64,000 bases of DNA. It comes from Candidatus Poseidoniales archaeon. GTDB taxonomy: Archaea > Thermoplasmatota > Poseidoniia > Poseidoniales > Poseidoniaceae. Of this stretch, positions 19,286 through 30,400 are shown in pieces. Positions within the stretch are counted from its first letter, which is position 1, and the number at the start of each line of letters is the position of its first letter. The stretch spans positions 13,454 through 77,453 of the forward strand of contig JAYNUQ010000001.1 in assembly GCA_038116375.1 (NCBI GenBank). The letters run 5' to 3'. Under the pieces are notes generated by a model. That model ran no database searches and had not been told where the DNA came from. It was given only the letters and a program-made list of their open reading frames with translations. The position numbers and the translations under genes are program-made.

Positions 19286-20297
19286 AAGCCGTTCGAAGAA
19301 ATGCTGCCATTTCACCGTCCCGTCCAGCCCACGAGCCAGGGTCGTCATCGGTGAGCGAAATCCATCGGAACGCATCGTGAACGCGAAGGTCGAGTTGAGC
19401 GTTTTCATCCTCAAGGCCACACGCAACCAGATGAATGGCAAACGAAGCCGTACCTCGAGTGCGGTGCCACGACCCCAAGAGATGATTCGGTACGACGCGA
19501 ATCCCAAGTTCTTCCTCAATCTCGCGACCAATCGCTTGGCGCCAATCCTCTCCAGGCTCGGATTTTCCACCAGGAAATTCCCACAGACCAGCATCCGCTT
19601 CGGTCATGCTCCGCTTGGTGATGACATAACGGCCTTTCACGGCAATGGCAGCGGCAAAGACTTGAACGCTGACAGAGGGAAACGGCCTCAGCAAATAGGC
19701 GAGGGTTGCATCGGTAAACGCGATGGCCGTCTCCGTCGAGATGTTCATCTCACCGGGGAGGTGAAGGAACAAGCATGGCGTGGGAAGAGCCGTTGAGGTT
19801 GGAAGCTCACAGAGGGCTTTGGCCGTGGCGTGATATGTTTCGTTGCAAAGGTAAGCTCCCGCATCCATGGAAAGGGTGTAGTTGCAGGGAAAAAGATCGG
19901 CACTCCATACGGTTGGGTCAACCCAACATCCTCGATGGCCCGCACCGTCAATGTTCGAATCGATGACCTGCCGGCCAGCATTGTCGGGCAGGCGCATGTT
20001 CAACCGGTCGCTTGCAAGCCGTTCGATGCGAGGAACCTCACACGATTCACACAGACCGACATGAAGAATCGCATCCCAGTGTGCTCCAGACCTGAGGCGG
20101 TTTGCGGTACGTTGCGCTCCGGCTTCATCCACCGTGAGAATGTCAACCTCAACCATCACAGAACGCTTTTCACCGGTCCACGGACAAAGCGTGGGACGAC
20201 GTCCTTCCATCGCCGAGGCCACGGTTTGGCTGATGTTTGTTGCGTGGCCCCCAAAGGGGACAAAGCCGGTGACCAGCACTCGGTAGTCCGACTCCAT
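19269..20297 (-). CDS. Fusion of pyroglutamyl peptidase I (C15) and a MutT-like Nudix hydrolase
   Basis: N-terminal VLVTGFVPFGG, HVGL, ERLA (Glu), DAGAYLCNE (Cys), FLHLP (His); C-terminal Nudix box WEFPGGKSEPGEDWRQAIGREIEEELG. Confidence 0.9.
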   Translation of the reverse strand: MESDYRVLVTGFVPFGGHATNISQTVASAMEGRRPTLCPWTGEKRSVMVEVDILTVDEAGAQRTANRLRSGAHWDAILHVGLCESCEVPRIERLASDRLNMRLPDNAGRQVIDSNIDGAGHRGCWVDPTVWSADLFPCNYTLSMDAGAYLCNETYHATAKALCELPTSTALPTPCLFLHLPGEMNISTETAIAFTDATLAYLLRPFPSVSVQVFAAAIAVKGRYVITKRSMTEADAGLWEFPGGKSEPGEDWRQAIGREIEEELGIRVVPNHLLGSWHRTRGTASFAIHLVACGLEDENAQLDLRVHDAFRWISLTDDDPGSWAGRDGEMAAFLRTAFKSTS

Positions 20298-20382
20298 GGT
20301 GGACATGAAACCCCTCAGTTTTTCATTCATCCTGCCCCTTTGCCTGCGTCATCTTCACAAACAGGGAAGCATACCGAACATC

Positions 20383-20724
20383 ATGGAAGAGGAGTTGGTG
20401 GTTCAATTCTCACCCGAACCTGCTTCCACTGAAAAGGGCATCTTGCCGGTTCGGATTGTCAGGGAAATTTGGCGAGAAATCACCTTTGGCGTTGGGACTT
20501 GGGGTGCTTTGCGGCCGTTGATTGCAGCCGTCTTGGCAGCGGTCCCTTTCTTGTTTCTGGGGCAGCACTTCAACCGACAACATCGCCGTGGGTTTGAATG
20601 GGGCTTCCTCCAGATTCCTCTGGCCTTTACCCTGATTCTTTGGATTGGCCTCTACTTGTGGTCAATCTTTGACGCATGGCGAGATGCAGTCGGTGCCATG
20701 GGGAACGTTCAGGACCAGAGTTGA
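20383..20724 (+). CDS. Small two-TM membrane protein
   Basis: LGQHFN...GF...LWSIFDAW pattern with two hydrophobic helices; TTCACAA at -29 from ATG 20383. Confidence 0.65.
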   Translation: MEEELVVQFSPEPASTEKGILPVRIVREIWREITFGVGTWGALRPLIAAVLAAVPFLFLGQHFNRQHRRGFEWGFLQIPLAFTLILWIGLYLWSIFDAWRDAVGAMGNVQDQS

Positions 20725-21497
20725 TCCCGAATTGCGATGCTCCCGTCGGCAAGTCCAGCGAGGTCAGCGAGGTCGTCTGCATCAAATTCATTGGGCAGGT
20801 CACCGAAAATGAAGTTGGAAAGGTCCGATGACTCGACGGCCCAATACATGACGGATTCCTCGTTGTTTGAATGACCTGGATGGTCTGGGTCTTCGTGGTC
20901 AGCAGGTGACTGGTACACCAAGTTCACCAAGCCGAGAAGATGGCCAACTTCGTGAACGAGAACGCTGTTTTCAACATCCTCCACCGAGGGTCTGCCAAAC
21001 GGACCGTCGGCTTCATCGATGGAATCGCTGAACAACGCAACGGTGGAGGCGTCAACCGCCACACCCAGAACCGAATCGGTTTCGTAGGTGCCTGCAGGGA
21101 AGAGCACCTGCCAGTAGAGGGTGGTTCCGTCCCTTGGGGACTGGTCCTTTTCAGCCCAGCCTTTGTCCCGAACATCTTGTGCAGACCATGTGCCTGTGTG
21201 GTCAAAATTCACTTCGGTAAACTCAACGGAGATACCCGAGGGTTTGTCACAAACGCTCTCCAATCGGTCCACCAACATCTCTGTGCTGCTGGTAAAGGGG
21301 CGATAACCGGGTTCGTGGTCTATTTCAATCACCATTGAAGTGTACATGCTGCTGCGAAGACATGCAAGCGTGAGCCCACCTGGAACGCCTTTCTTCTCGG
21401 GCAGCAGGTCCAGGGCTTCATCGCCGATGCAGCCTGCAAGGCCACTGGACACCATCACGGCCACCAACAAAAGGACAAGGGGCGGCCTTCCTGCCAT
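20709..21497 (-). CDS. Lipoprotein zinc metallopeptidase (metzincin-like)
   Basis: Lipobox LAGC; HEVGHLLGL zinc motif; downstream HPGH and a Met-turn-like SVMY. Confidence 0.82.
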   Translation of the reverse strand: MAGRPPLVLLLVAVMVSSGLAGCIGDEALDLLPEKKGVPGGLTLACLRSSMYTSMVIEIDHEPGYRPFTSSTEMLVDRLESVCDKPSGISVEFTEVNFDHTGTWSAQDVRDKGWAEKDQSPRDGTTLYWQVLFPAGTYETDSVLGVAVDASTVALFSDSIDEADGPFGRPSVEDVENSVLVHEVGHLLGLVNLVYQSPADHEDPDHPGHSNNEESVMYWAVESSDLSNFIFGDLPNEFDADDLADLAGLADGSIAIRDQLWS

Positions 21498-21533
21498 GAT
21501 GTTCGCTTCCATCATGTGTTTTTGAATCTCTGC

Positions 21534-21989
21534 TTACCAGTCATCAGGGATGTCCAACGGCGAGAACAGTTGCCCCGGCCCCGTGGCGGAGGCCAACTGC
21601 GTTCGGGCGAGATGCTCCCACTGTCGAAGGGCGAGGATGGCTTCGATAACGGAGACGTTGATTTCAATCAAGGTGACCCGAATCAAGGTGTCCAAGATGT
21701 CCATGCGTTGATGGTCAACGATGTCCATCACCTTCTCGAGGGAAAAACTCGACGTTGAAGCCTCGCTGGATTCCTCAAGGGGCCATGGCGAATGAACCCG
21801 TTCGCTGACGGTTTGGCCGGACTGTTCAAGATGCTGTTGGAGGGTTTGCATCAGTTGATTCACGTGTTTTTGGATAACCAACGACACCTCGACAAGGGGC
21901 ATGTTGAGTTGGTTCACAAGGTTCACCGTTCGCTCGGTCAAGGTGACCAAACCGTCCACGGACTCGTCTGACACAGGTCCGTCCCTCAT
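21534..21989 (-). CDS. Hypothetical protein, translationally coupled to the upstream 1800-aa gene
   Basis: ATG at 21989 overlaps the upstream TGA (ATGA); helical ~151-aa product ending DIPDDW. Confidence 0.75.
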   Translation of the reverse strand: MRDGPVSDESVDGLVTLTERTVNLVNQLNMPLVEVSLVIQKHVNQLMQTLQQHLEQSGQTVSERVHSPWPLEESSEASTSSFSLEKVMDIVDHQRMDILDTLIRVTLIEINVSVIEAILALRQWEHLARTQLASATGPGQLFSPLDIPDDW

Positions 21990-24900
21990 TGTTTGGAAAG
22001 AGCGTCGATGTATTGCCAGCCATACGAATTCCATTGTTCCGGTGTCCAACCATCAGGCAGACCGGTTGGTGGAATCGGGGCAGGTTGAGTCCGGTCGGGT
22101 TGAGCCGTCATCGAAGGGGGAGGGGGAATGGGGCTGGCTGGTTGAGGTGATGGTGCTTGTGCAAGTTCGGGAACGGCCTTCGTAGCCTTCATCTCTTCAG
22201 TCACCACCTCGGTTTGATCTGCACGCTCTTCCTCTGTTTCGGGTGCGAGCAGGCGACGTCGCATCACCATGGCATACAGACCGAAGGAAACGGAGGCCAG
22301 GGCGATGACGAACAGGGACACACTGAACACATCGGTGGACAACTGTTGGGTCAAGGCCTCTCCGTCACGAATCGTCTCTTCCTTAACGAGCAGTGAATCA
22401 ACGCTGTGGCGGTCCATTTCCACACCGTCCACCAACGCAACGACACGATACTCAATGCTCGAACCCGCTGGTTCACTGGCCAGGACGGGGAGCGAAGCAG
22501 TGAGTGATGCCCCTGTTGTGGCTTGAACGTCCACCTCGGCTACGGTGGCCCAATAACCACCGTCAACGAGTTCCTGAAGGGCGAAGACGACGTTGCCGTT
22601 GCCACCGAGGTTATCGGTGGTGACGAGCATCTTGGAAGTCTCGCCTTCGTATGGACTTGGGATGTCCCATTGGAGTTTCGTGGAATCGTGTTGAAGGTCA
22701 ACCCGAGGCCCGACCAAAGCAAGCGGCCACGACGCTATGGGGTCGCTCATGGAGTTGGAAAGCGTATCGTACGGATTGCCCGCCTCATCAGACCCAGAGA
22801 CCCACACGTCAACGGTGTAGGATGGCAACAGAGTGGTTGCACCTGAATCGGTCAAATCAAGGGAGCCGCTCCAGAAAAACTGCTGGCCAAACGGCGTGAT
22901 GTCCGGCAGCAAGACGCTGCCACGAGAGATTTCGGCTTCGCCCGCCTTCACGCGGTAGTGAAGGACAGCCGCCTCATCAAAATCAAAGCCGTTTTCGTCG
23001 TTGGTGATGAGAATCACTTCCAAGTTGGAAGCATCACCAATTGAAAGCGGTGAGCCCTCGGGTACACCGTTGAGGGAGATGCTGTCGATGGTCGGTCGTG
23101 CGTTGTCAACGGCGAGACGAACACGAGGTGAGAACGCCGTCTCATCAAGAGCCAGTCCCGGCATGTCGTCCATGCTCAAACGCAGATCAAGGCGACCGGA
23201 ACGAACGGCGGGTACGAGCAGGTCGAGGCTGAATTCCCCGTCTTCTCGCGTAGATGTTCGCCAGTTGTTTTCGAAGTCCCCAAAGACCACGTCGAAGGAA
23301 CCTGGGGGCGCTGGCGTTTCGTCTTCAGCAAACAACACACGCCCTGAAACACGAAGCGCCTGACCGGCACCGATGATGGTCTCAAAGTTCTCAGCATTGT
23401 AGTGGTTCTCGCTGTTTCGTAGCTCAATGGCTCGGATTTTCCCCGATTCGGTATCAAATCTGAAATCGTTGTCGAGGCTCCACCAGTCATCACCTAGGCC
23501 TTCTTCAACCTCGAAGCAAGGCACAACTTCGTTGTCGTTGCAGGGCATGTCGGTGACACGCACACGAGGAAGGAAGTGGGATTCACCGTCGGTGTCGTAG
23601 GCCTCAGGGAACATCCACGTGAGTTGGAAGCGGGCCTGGATGATCACCACGGATTCGTTGCCTTCCTCCAAACTCACCGTTGAGTAGAGGTTGGAGACGG
23701 CGATGTTGTCCGAGCCCGATGTCATGACCGCAAAGGGAAGACCGTCCGCTCCTTCTGCCAAGGAGATGAACAGAGAGGATTCGTCGTCCTCAAAATTTCC
23801 ACCCAGGGCAAGTTGGACGTACTGGATGTCCTGCCACCCGTTTACATCGCTCAATTTGATTTGAGCCGTGTAAGGCACACCCGGGTGAAGCGGTTCGTAG
23901 TCATCATGACCGAGAATGGACGAATTGCCCAGGTCCACCTCAGGTTCGAATTCTTGACGAATGTGGTAGGTGACCAAGTCGGCGTCCCAATCGGGAACCA
24001 CTTCGCCTGGACGGTAGCCGCAGGTGATTGAAGACGGTGGACAAACAGGGCCGCGTCCCATCGCGATTTCGTTGTCTTGCTCGTCCTGACCCGAGACATA
24101 GAACGAGACCCGTTGTTTGTGGAGGAGCATGGAATCATCGATCAGACCCTCAAAGATGTTGAGGCCTCCTGCCCGAGTTTCGGGAGAGGAGAGGGTTTTG
24201 AGTTCGTACTCATCCTCGTTTGGCAAGCCATCAAAGTTGTAATCCGTACAACCGATGGCTTCGCTTGCTTTGCAACCCACCCAGTAGTGAAGGTTGAGTT
24301 GACGGGGGGGGTCAACGGAATCTTGAACCACAATCGAAACGGCTTGGCCAACCCCCGATGCTCCAGCATGTCGCTCTTCACCGTCCATTGGTGTGGCACT
24401 GAGGACAAGCGGGGAATTTCCGTCAAGAATCAATCGAATGCTGTTGTAGTTCGGATTGGTGTATGTTGAACCGTTTTCCAGATCAACCGCTTGCACGTAG
24501 AAGATCATACCGCCAGGTTGGGATTCAACGGGCGAGGTGAAGGTCATGTTGTAGGCACCAAACGCAGGGTTAACCTCCTCATAGAGGACTTCAGGCTCAC
24601 CCATCGGGTCACCGTCGTAGGTAACGTTCTGTCCGATGACGCGGAGTGAAAAACTGCCCGCAGGTGGCATGAGCTGCGAATCTTGGAAGTGCATCGAACC
24701 GCTAAAACTCAGGTTAAACCCGCCACGCACCCAATCCATCGGGAAGAGTTGGCGTCCTGTTTCCTCCCAGACTCGGAGTCCGTCGAGTTGAATGTCATTC
24801 TCCACCACCAACTCCATGCTTGATGTCGTCCATTGATTCACGGCGACACCGAGGTCGTCCTCGACGGTGATGACGGCTTCTGCACTGCCCTCGTCGTTCC

Positions 24901-27394
24901 ACGACCAGTTCACTTTGGTGGGCATCCATATCGAAAGCACGCCGTTGGCATCTTCCATGGACGTGCAGTTGGAGGCGTCAAAGACCACGATACCACCCGC
25001 ATCGGAGTTGACGTTGCAAACATCGCCTCGCTCCCAGGTGAAGGACGGGTTTTCTCCGTGGGTGTGCTGAACAGCGATGGTGGCTTTGGTGACGTGGTCA
25101 ACGTCGTCGCCTGGAGCGACCCTCGTAATGAAATTCCGATACAGTCCGTCGGGTGCGGCCAAACCGCCCTCAAACGAGGCGTCAACCGCACGGGTTTGCA
25201 TGGCGTAGGTGATATCGATGTTGGAGATTTTTACGCGACCGGAACTCGCCGCCTTCACTGCAATCGGAATGTCAACAAAGCCATCACCGTTCTCTGGAAC
25301 GTGGTCGTTGAAGGCATCGACGAGCGTCGGAGCACGCTTGACGATGACACCAACCGGTGAATCATCCGAAGCAACCACTGAGGATTCGTTGAGGAAGATA
25401 TCGGACTCCCAGTCGTAGGTACCGTCGCCTCCGATGTCCAACATCGGACGGTCAGGATAGCCTTCTTCGTACTCGAGGATGAAACGGTCAACGCTTGGCG
25501 TTAGTCCGTCGTCATTGGACGTCATGAAAATCGCATAGCGGAGGGTGTTCCCTGCGGCTTCCGTTGAAAAACTGGTTTCTTGGTTGTTGCTGGCATCAAG
25601 CCATGTCGTTCCGTTATCGTTGGAAACAACGACTTGCATCGTGGTGCCTGCAGGCACGTCAGCGGTCCATTGGGGGCGAACCTTTCCAACCTTGGTACCG
25701 GTGTTGAAATGTGGGGCGGTCCAATCGCCGGAGGTCTCGTAGGCCGTTGCGTACTCAATGTCAACCCACCACGATACGGCGGTGGAACCGATCAGTTGGG
25801 CTTTCCAAACCAGTTCGGTTCCTGGGTAATCAAAGTGGATGGTGGATTCGGATTCAACTTCTTCCCAGTGTGTCCCGTTGTCTGCTGAAATCCAGTAGTC
25901 AACACGGTCGCCAATGGAGGCTGCCGACCAGTACGTCTGAACATTGGCTGAAAGAATCTCGTCGCCTGATTCAACAACTTCACCGTACCATGTGGTGGTG
26001 CCAGGTGCTGGCGTGGTTTCGTACATCCAGCCCGTACCGAACTCCCGGTAGTACAACGTCGCACCCGACCAGGTTGAATATCCACAATCAACGCTGATGA
26101 AGCGCTCTCCGTCAAACTGGAGCCCGTAGCCCAGTCGAGAGATTTGCCGCGTTGTCGATTCGGGAATCAGCGCAGAGGAGGAACCTGAAACCGACCATGC
26201 TTCGAGTTGGTCACGGTCGTTGTAAGGGGAATCTTCCTGACATCGCATGTAAAAGGTGGAACCGTTGACTTCCAATCCACGCAGCATCTGCTTCGAGCCG
26301 CTTCCGTAGCTTCCGCCGCATTCCCAACTCGACCCTGATGAGGAGGTATAACTGTAGAATTCTTGGCTTCGGGTGTACGTCGAGGACCCATCACCTGCGA
26401 AATCGTAGGCATACAATCGGTTCATCGCGTTGTGTGCAACCCAGACCTTGCCGGTATCACGATCGTAAGCGATTCCCGTATACTCCCCAACCGAGGGGCT
26501 GATGTCGTAGGAATCAATGCACGTCCACGTGTCATCACGAGAGACGTCCATTTCCATCACGCGGTGATAGTTCACCGGTGCAGTTGAGCCGTAGGTGTAG
26601 CGGTATCCCGAGAGAATGCCAAACAACCGCTCATCATCGGTGATGGTCCAGTCTCGGAATCCATAGTAGCCATAATACGACGAGGAATGTTTCTGGGGGA
26701 GTGTACACGATGCCTTGTCGAGGGTGATCACGGATTCCCGAGAGGCGTTGTTGGGATACAATCGCTCCACGACGTTATGGAAACTCGAGGACGACCAGGT
26801 GGAGAGGAAGAGCCAGTCGTGGTGCTTCAGAATGGCCCCTTGACTCTGTGCCATGAAACTGGATGATGTTTTGGTCAATTGTTGTGAGAACACGGCTTCC
26901 GTTGCGTTTGAGGTGTGAGGTTGCCGAAGCGCATACGAACCGTTGTCCAACCATGCATCTGAATTCGGGTTGACGTAAGCATCGTTTCCGTGCGGCAAAA
27001 AGTTCTGGCTGGTGTTGTCCATGGCCAGCGTCAAGTCGCCAGAGCGGTCATCGATGTTGCTCTCTGCTCCCCGTAGCCAATGCACACGGTCTTCAGCAAC
27101 CACCTGCGACCAACCGGTTGCCGATGCCCCAGAAAGGGTCATGCTGACGTCCGTGACCTCTGCGCCACGAGGCAAGGAAACGGAAGCACTCATGTCGGGG
27201 TTCGCCCCCTGGTAGAGCGCAATGTGTTCAACTGAACCATCACTGAATTCGTACACGTGTCGTGTGCCAACGGCGGCTTCAGCCTCGGTTGAGAACAACT
27301 CTGCCATCGGGCTCAGTGGCGTCAGGAACATCAGCGAAACGAGCAGCAGAAAAACGGCTCGTGCACTGAATCGATGCTCGTCGCCGCCTTGCAT
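21986..27394 (-). CDS. Large (~1800 aa) secreted, membrane-anchored surface protein with propeller-like and Ig-like domains
   Basis: Signal peptide; Asp-box-like S.DNG.TW repeats; Ig-like DxxxP junctions; C-terminal TM helix, Pro-rich linker and GLPDGWTPEQWNSYGWQY tail. Confidence 0.85.
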   Translation of the reverse strand: MQGGDEHRFSARAVFLLLVSLMFLTPLSPMAELFSTEAEAAVGTRHVYEFSDGSVEHIALYQGANPDMSASVSLPRGAEVTDVSMTLSGASATGWSQVVAEDRVHWLRGAESNIDDRSGDLTLAMDNTSQNFLPHGNDAYVNPNSDAWLDNGSYALRQPHTSNATEAVFSQQLTKTSSSFMAQSQGAILKHHDWLFLSTWSSSSFHNVVERLYPNNASRESVITLDKASCTLPQKHSSSYYGYYGFRDWTITDDERLFGILSGYRYTYGSTAPVNYHRVMEMDVSRDDTWTCIDSYDISPSVGEYTGIAYDRDTGKVWVAHNAMNRLYAYDFAGDGSSTYTRSQEFYSYTSSSGSSWECGGSYGSGSKQMLRGLEVNGSTFYMRCQEDSPYNDRDQLEAWSVSGSSSALIPESTTRQISRLGYGLQFDGERFISVDCGYSTWSGATLYYREFGTGWMYETTPAPGTTTWYGEVVESGDEILSANVQTYWSAASIGDRVDYWISADNGTHWEEVESESTIHFDYPGTELVWKAQLIGSTAVSWWVDIEYATAYETSGDWTAPHFNTGTKVGKVRPQWTADVPAGTTMQVVVSNDNGTTWLDASNNQETSFSTEAAGNTLRYAIFMTSNDDGLTPSVDRFILEYEEGYPDRPMLDIGGDGTYDWESDIFLNESSVVASDDSPVGVIVKRAPTLVDAFNDHVPENGDGFVDIPIAVKAASSGRVKISNIDITYAMQTRAVDASFEGGLAAPDGLYRNFITRVAPGDDVDHVTKATIAVQHTHGENPSFTWERGDVCNVNSDAGGIVVFDASNCTSMEDANGVLSIWMPTKVNWSWNDEGSAEAVITVEDDLGVAVNQWTTSSMELVVENDIQLDGLRVWEETGRQLFPMDWVRGGFNLSFSGSMHFQDSQLMPPAGSFSLRVIGQNVTYDGDPMGEPEVLYEEVNPAFGAYNMTFTSPVESQPGGMIFYVQAVDLENGSTYTNPNYNSIRLILDGNSPLVLSATPMDGEERHAGASGVGQAVSIVVQDSVDPPRQLNLHYWVGCKASEAIGCTDYNFDGLPNEDEYELKTLSSPETRAGGLNIFEGLIDDSMLLHKQRVSFYVSGQDEQDNEIAMGRGPVCPPSSITCGYRPGEVVPDWDADLVTYHIRQEFEPEVDLGNSSILGHDDYEPLHPGVPYTAQIKLSDVNGWQDIQYVQLALGGNFEDDESSLFISLAEGADGLPFAVMTSGSDNIAVSNLYSTVSLEEGNESVVIIQARFQLTWMFPEAYDTDGESHFLPRVRVTDMPCNDNEVVPCFEVEEGLGDDWWSLDNDFRFDTESGKIRAIELRNSENHYNAENFETIIGAGQALRVSGRVLFAEDETPAPPGSFDVVFGDFENNWRTSTREDGEFSLDLLVPAVRSGRLDLRLSMDDMPGLALDETAFSPRVRLAVDNARPTIDSISLNGVPEGSPLSIGDASNLEVILITNDENGFDFDEAAVLHYRVKAGEAEISRGSVLLPDITPFGQQFFWSGSLDLTDSGATTLLPSYTVDVWVSGSDEAGNPYDTLSNSMSDPIASWPLALVGPRVDLQHDSTKLQWDIPSPYEGETSKMLVTTDNLGGNGNVVFALQELVDGGYWATVAEVDVQATTGASLTASLPVLASEPAGSSIEYRVVALVDGVEMDRHSVDSLLVKEETIRDGEALTQQLSTDVFSVSLFVIALASVSFGLYAMVMRRRLLAPETEEERADQTEVVTEEMKATKAVPELAQAPSPQPASPIPPPPSMTAQPDRTQPAPIPPTGLPDGWTPEQWNSYGWQYIDALSKQ

Positions 27395-27457
27395 GGTTCC
27401 CACACACTCCAATCACCATTTGAACCATGCGGTTCGGGGTCGGCATCCACCGAGCCG

Positions 27458-30400
27458 TCAACTGGTCTGTCGGGAATCGTATCGAATGGGAGAAGAATCC
27501 CCACGGACCCCGTCTTCTTCGTCGTCCCTGACTTCAAACCAATCGTTCATCCAATCGCCGTCCGTGTCCCAGTTAATGGGACTGCTTCCTTCGGCCAAAT
27601 GGTCGTCATCGAAATCCAAGAGATACCAGCCGTATTCGTGTTCACCAACGCTGCGAACAGGTGGTGTGTTGGGCGAGCCAGCGTAGTAGATGTCCCAAGC
27701 ATCGGTTTGATTGCCCGCCATGAGAATCACGTCGTCCGAAGGGTCCACGATCAAGAAGTTCGTGTCTTTGTCATCAACGATGTAGCCAAACTGGTTGTCA
27801 GGTCCACCGAATTTATCCAACTTCAGATAGTTGAGGACCAACTCGTTGGATTGTCCCAAACCAAGGATGGCAGCACGGAATTGCCAACCCTCAGTGACGG
27901 GCATCCCATCGAAGGTCAAGCCGCTCAAACGCACGGCGTTTGGCGATGAATATTCGCTTGTCGTAATGGCGTAAAATTCCTGGAAGTTCGTGTACGCCTC
28001 GTAGGTGCACCCAGCACCCGAACAATCCCAATTCCCGTCTTGGTCTGGGTCTAAGTTCGCATCATCGGGATCGGCGGGATCCAACGTAAACCACGTAAAT
28101 TCAGTATCAGGTCGTCCAAGTGTGCCTCCGGAACCGTCCTGGGAAAGCGGCAAACACGAGTTGGTGTCGGTGTTGCATTCACCGCCGGTGGCAACGTCGA
28201 TCCACACCACACGAACATCGAGGTAAGAACTGAAGTTGTCGTTGCTCTCGTTCCACGCCATCTTGTATTCGTACCAGTCGGGAAGCATGTCACCGTCGCT
28301 ATCGTTATCGCTCGGGTTTGAACCGTACTTGAAGACTTCTCGGCCGTCTGAGTAGTTGTAATCACGAACGTGTGAAACGACCGCTCCGTTCACGGTGGTT
28401 GTGATGTAGGTGGTGCTGTCCTCGTCGCTGTCGTTGAGGTCGGGACGGGTTTGGTTGTCGTATTCCATGAAGTTCGTAAACGGAAGATCGCCGACACCGT
28501 TCTGGACCACGACACCGGACGGTGTAAACACACGGTCTTCCCAATCACCTTGGGTTGCGGGGATGTCGAAGCTCGTGCGGTCGTACCAACCGTCATGGTC
28601 ACCGTCGTAATCAACATCCCACGGATTGAGGGGATTGGCGGCCCAGTGGTTCTGGGTGGTCACGTCGTCCATGCCGTAGGTGGCGTAGCAGTATTCCCAT
28701 CCGTCGGGAATGCCATCGCTGTCTGAATCTGGATGGGTGGGGTCGGCCACACCACGAAGACTTCGGTTGAAGTTTTCAGAATCCAATGAGTTGATTTCCG
28801 TCATGCGATCAACGGATTCAGTCCCCTTCTTGATGAAATCTTGATACAAAGCCTGTTGCGCTTGCAGCGGCGTGAATCCGAGTTCTTCTTGGTAAGCGGC
28901 CATGGCGTCTTCGCCGAAATCGATGATGCCAAGGTTGGCTGGAACGGTGTTCCTCGTCAGGAATTTACCCCAAGTTCTCGATTCCCATTCACGAAGATTG
29001 CTGAAGGTCTCGTTGGCATCGATTTCCCCGTCGCCGTTGCAATCGAAGCTGTCTTGATCGGAGTCCAAATTCACATCACCGTCAATGAGGGGATTGATTG
29101 ACCATCGGTTCTCGTTGAGGTCCCAGGAAGTGAACCAGTACTCGAAACCGTCGTACATTCCATCGCCGTCGGTATCGGGTATGGTGGGGTCGGACATGCC
29201 CAGTACCACCTGGATGAAGGCATTGGGTGGCTCTCCTTGCTGCCATGCATTGAAATCGTTGAGCAAACGCTTGCCTCGTGTTTCCTTTGAAATCAAGATG
29301 TTGAACACACGTTGTGCTTTCTCCGTCGGTTGTTGGAGGTCACCGTCCACGTGCATCAACGGTGCATCGCTCGGGTGGTCAATGCCGTTTTCCGGTTGTT
29401 CAAACGCAAGGGCAAATTCCTGACGGTCGATGAGGCCGTCTTCATCCCCGTCAAAATCACCGTCGCCTGCGACCAGTGGATTGAGCGTCCACATGCCCGC
29501 CGATACGTTCCAAGAGGTGAACAGCAGTTCAACGCCGTCGAGCATGCCGTCTCCGTCGGTGTCGACGTTGTTTGGATCGGCGGTGTATCCTGTCATGTTG
29601 GTTTGATTCTGGCTCAGGAAATCACCGAACGAGGCGGTGGTTGGAATCCCGGGCCATTGTTGGAGTGCAAACGCTGTACCGATGGTCGTTACAAACCACT
29701 GCGGAGAAGAACGGTTCGCGTCGGTTTCCGACAGCAAGGGAGAAATGACGTTGTATTCTTCCCAATTCGTCATGCCGTCGTCGTCGGCGTCTTGCCAACG
29801 GTCGGATGAATCCAGTGGATTGAGCGTCCACGCATCGTCGAGAAGGTTCCATCGAGCGTACCAGATTTCCCAACCGTCCGGCATGCCGTCATCATCGGTG
29901 TCGGCATTGAGCGGGTCGGAGGCTCCGACGCTGTAGGTCGAGAGTCCCGCCGTCACGGAGCCTGAGGCTCGCTCAGCAAACGTGTCATCAGGTACCCCGA
30001 GGTCGCCGATGTGGTCAAACAACCCCGTGGTGAAATTTCCGGGCAGGGTGACGCCCTCGTAGGTTTGATTGCCGCTGAACAAATCCGAGCGAATGTGGTA
30101 TTCGAGGTAGTTGACAAAGGCCTCATCTGACGAAAGTACGCCGTCTCGGTTGATGTCGTACCCGTCGCCGTCTGGATTCTCAAAAGCGTCAGAACCGTTG
30201 AGAGGGTTCACGCCGAGACGTGACGGGTCCCACGAACACAATCCCTTCGACTCCCACCCATCGGGGAGGGTGTCGCCATCAGAATCCACCAGGTTGGGGT
30301 CGGCTACGGCCCACGACGCTGCGGCTTCAGGAGATTCCCCGTAGTCCTCAAAGAGGTCGCCGTTGACGCCCATCAACCGAACAACGGACCACTGGTATTC

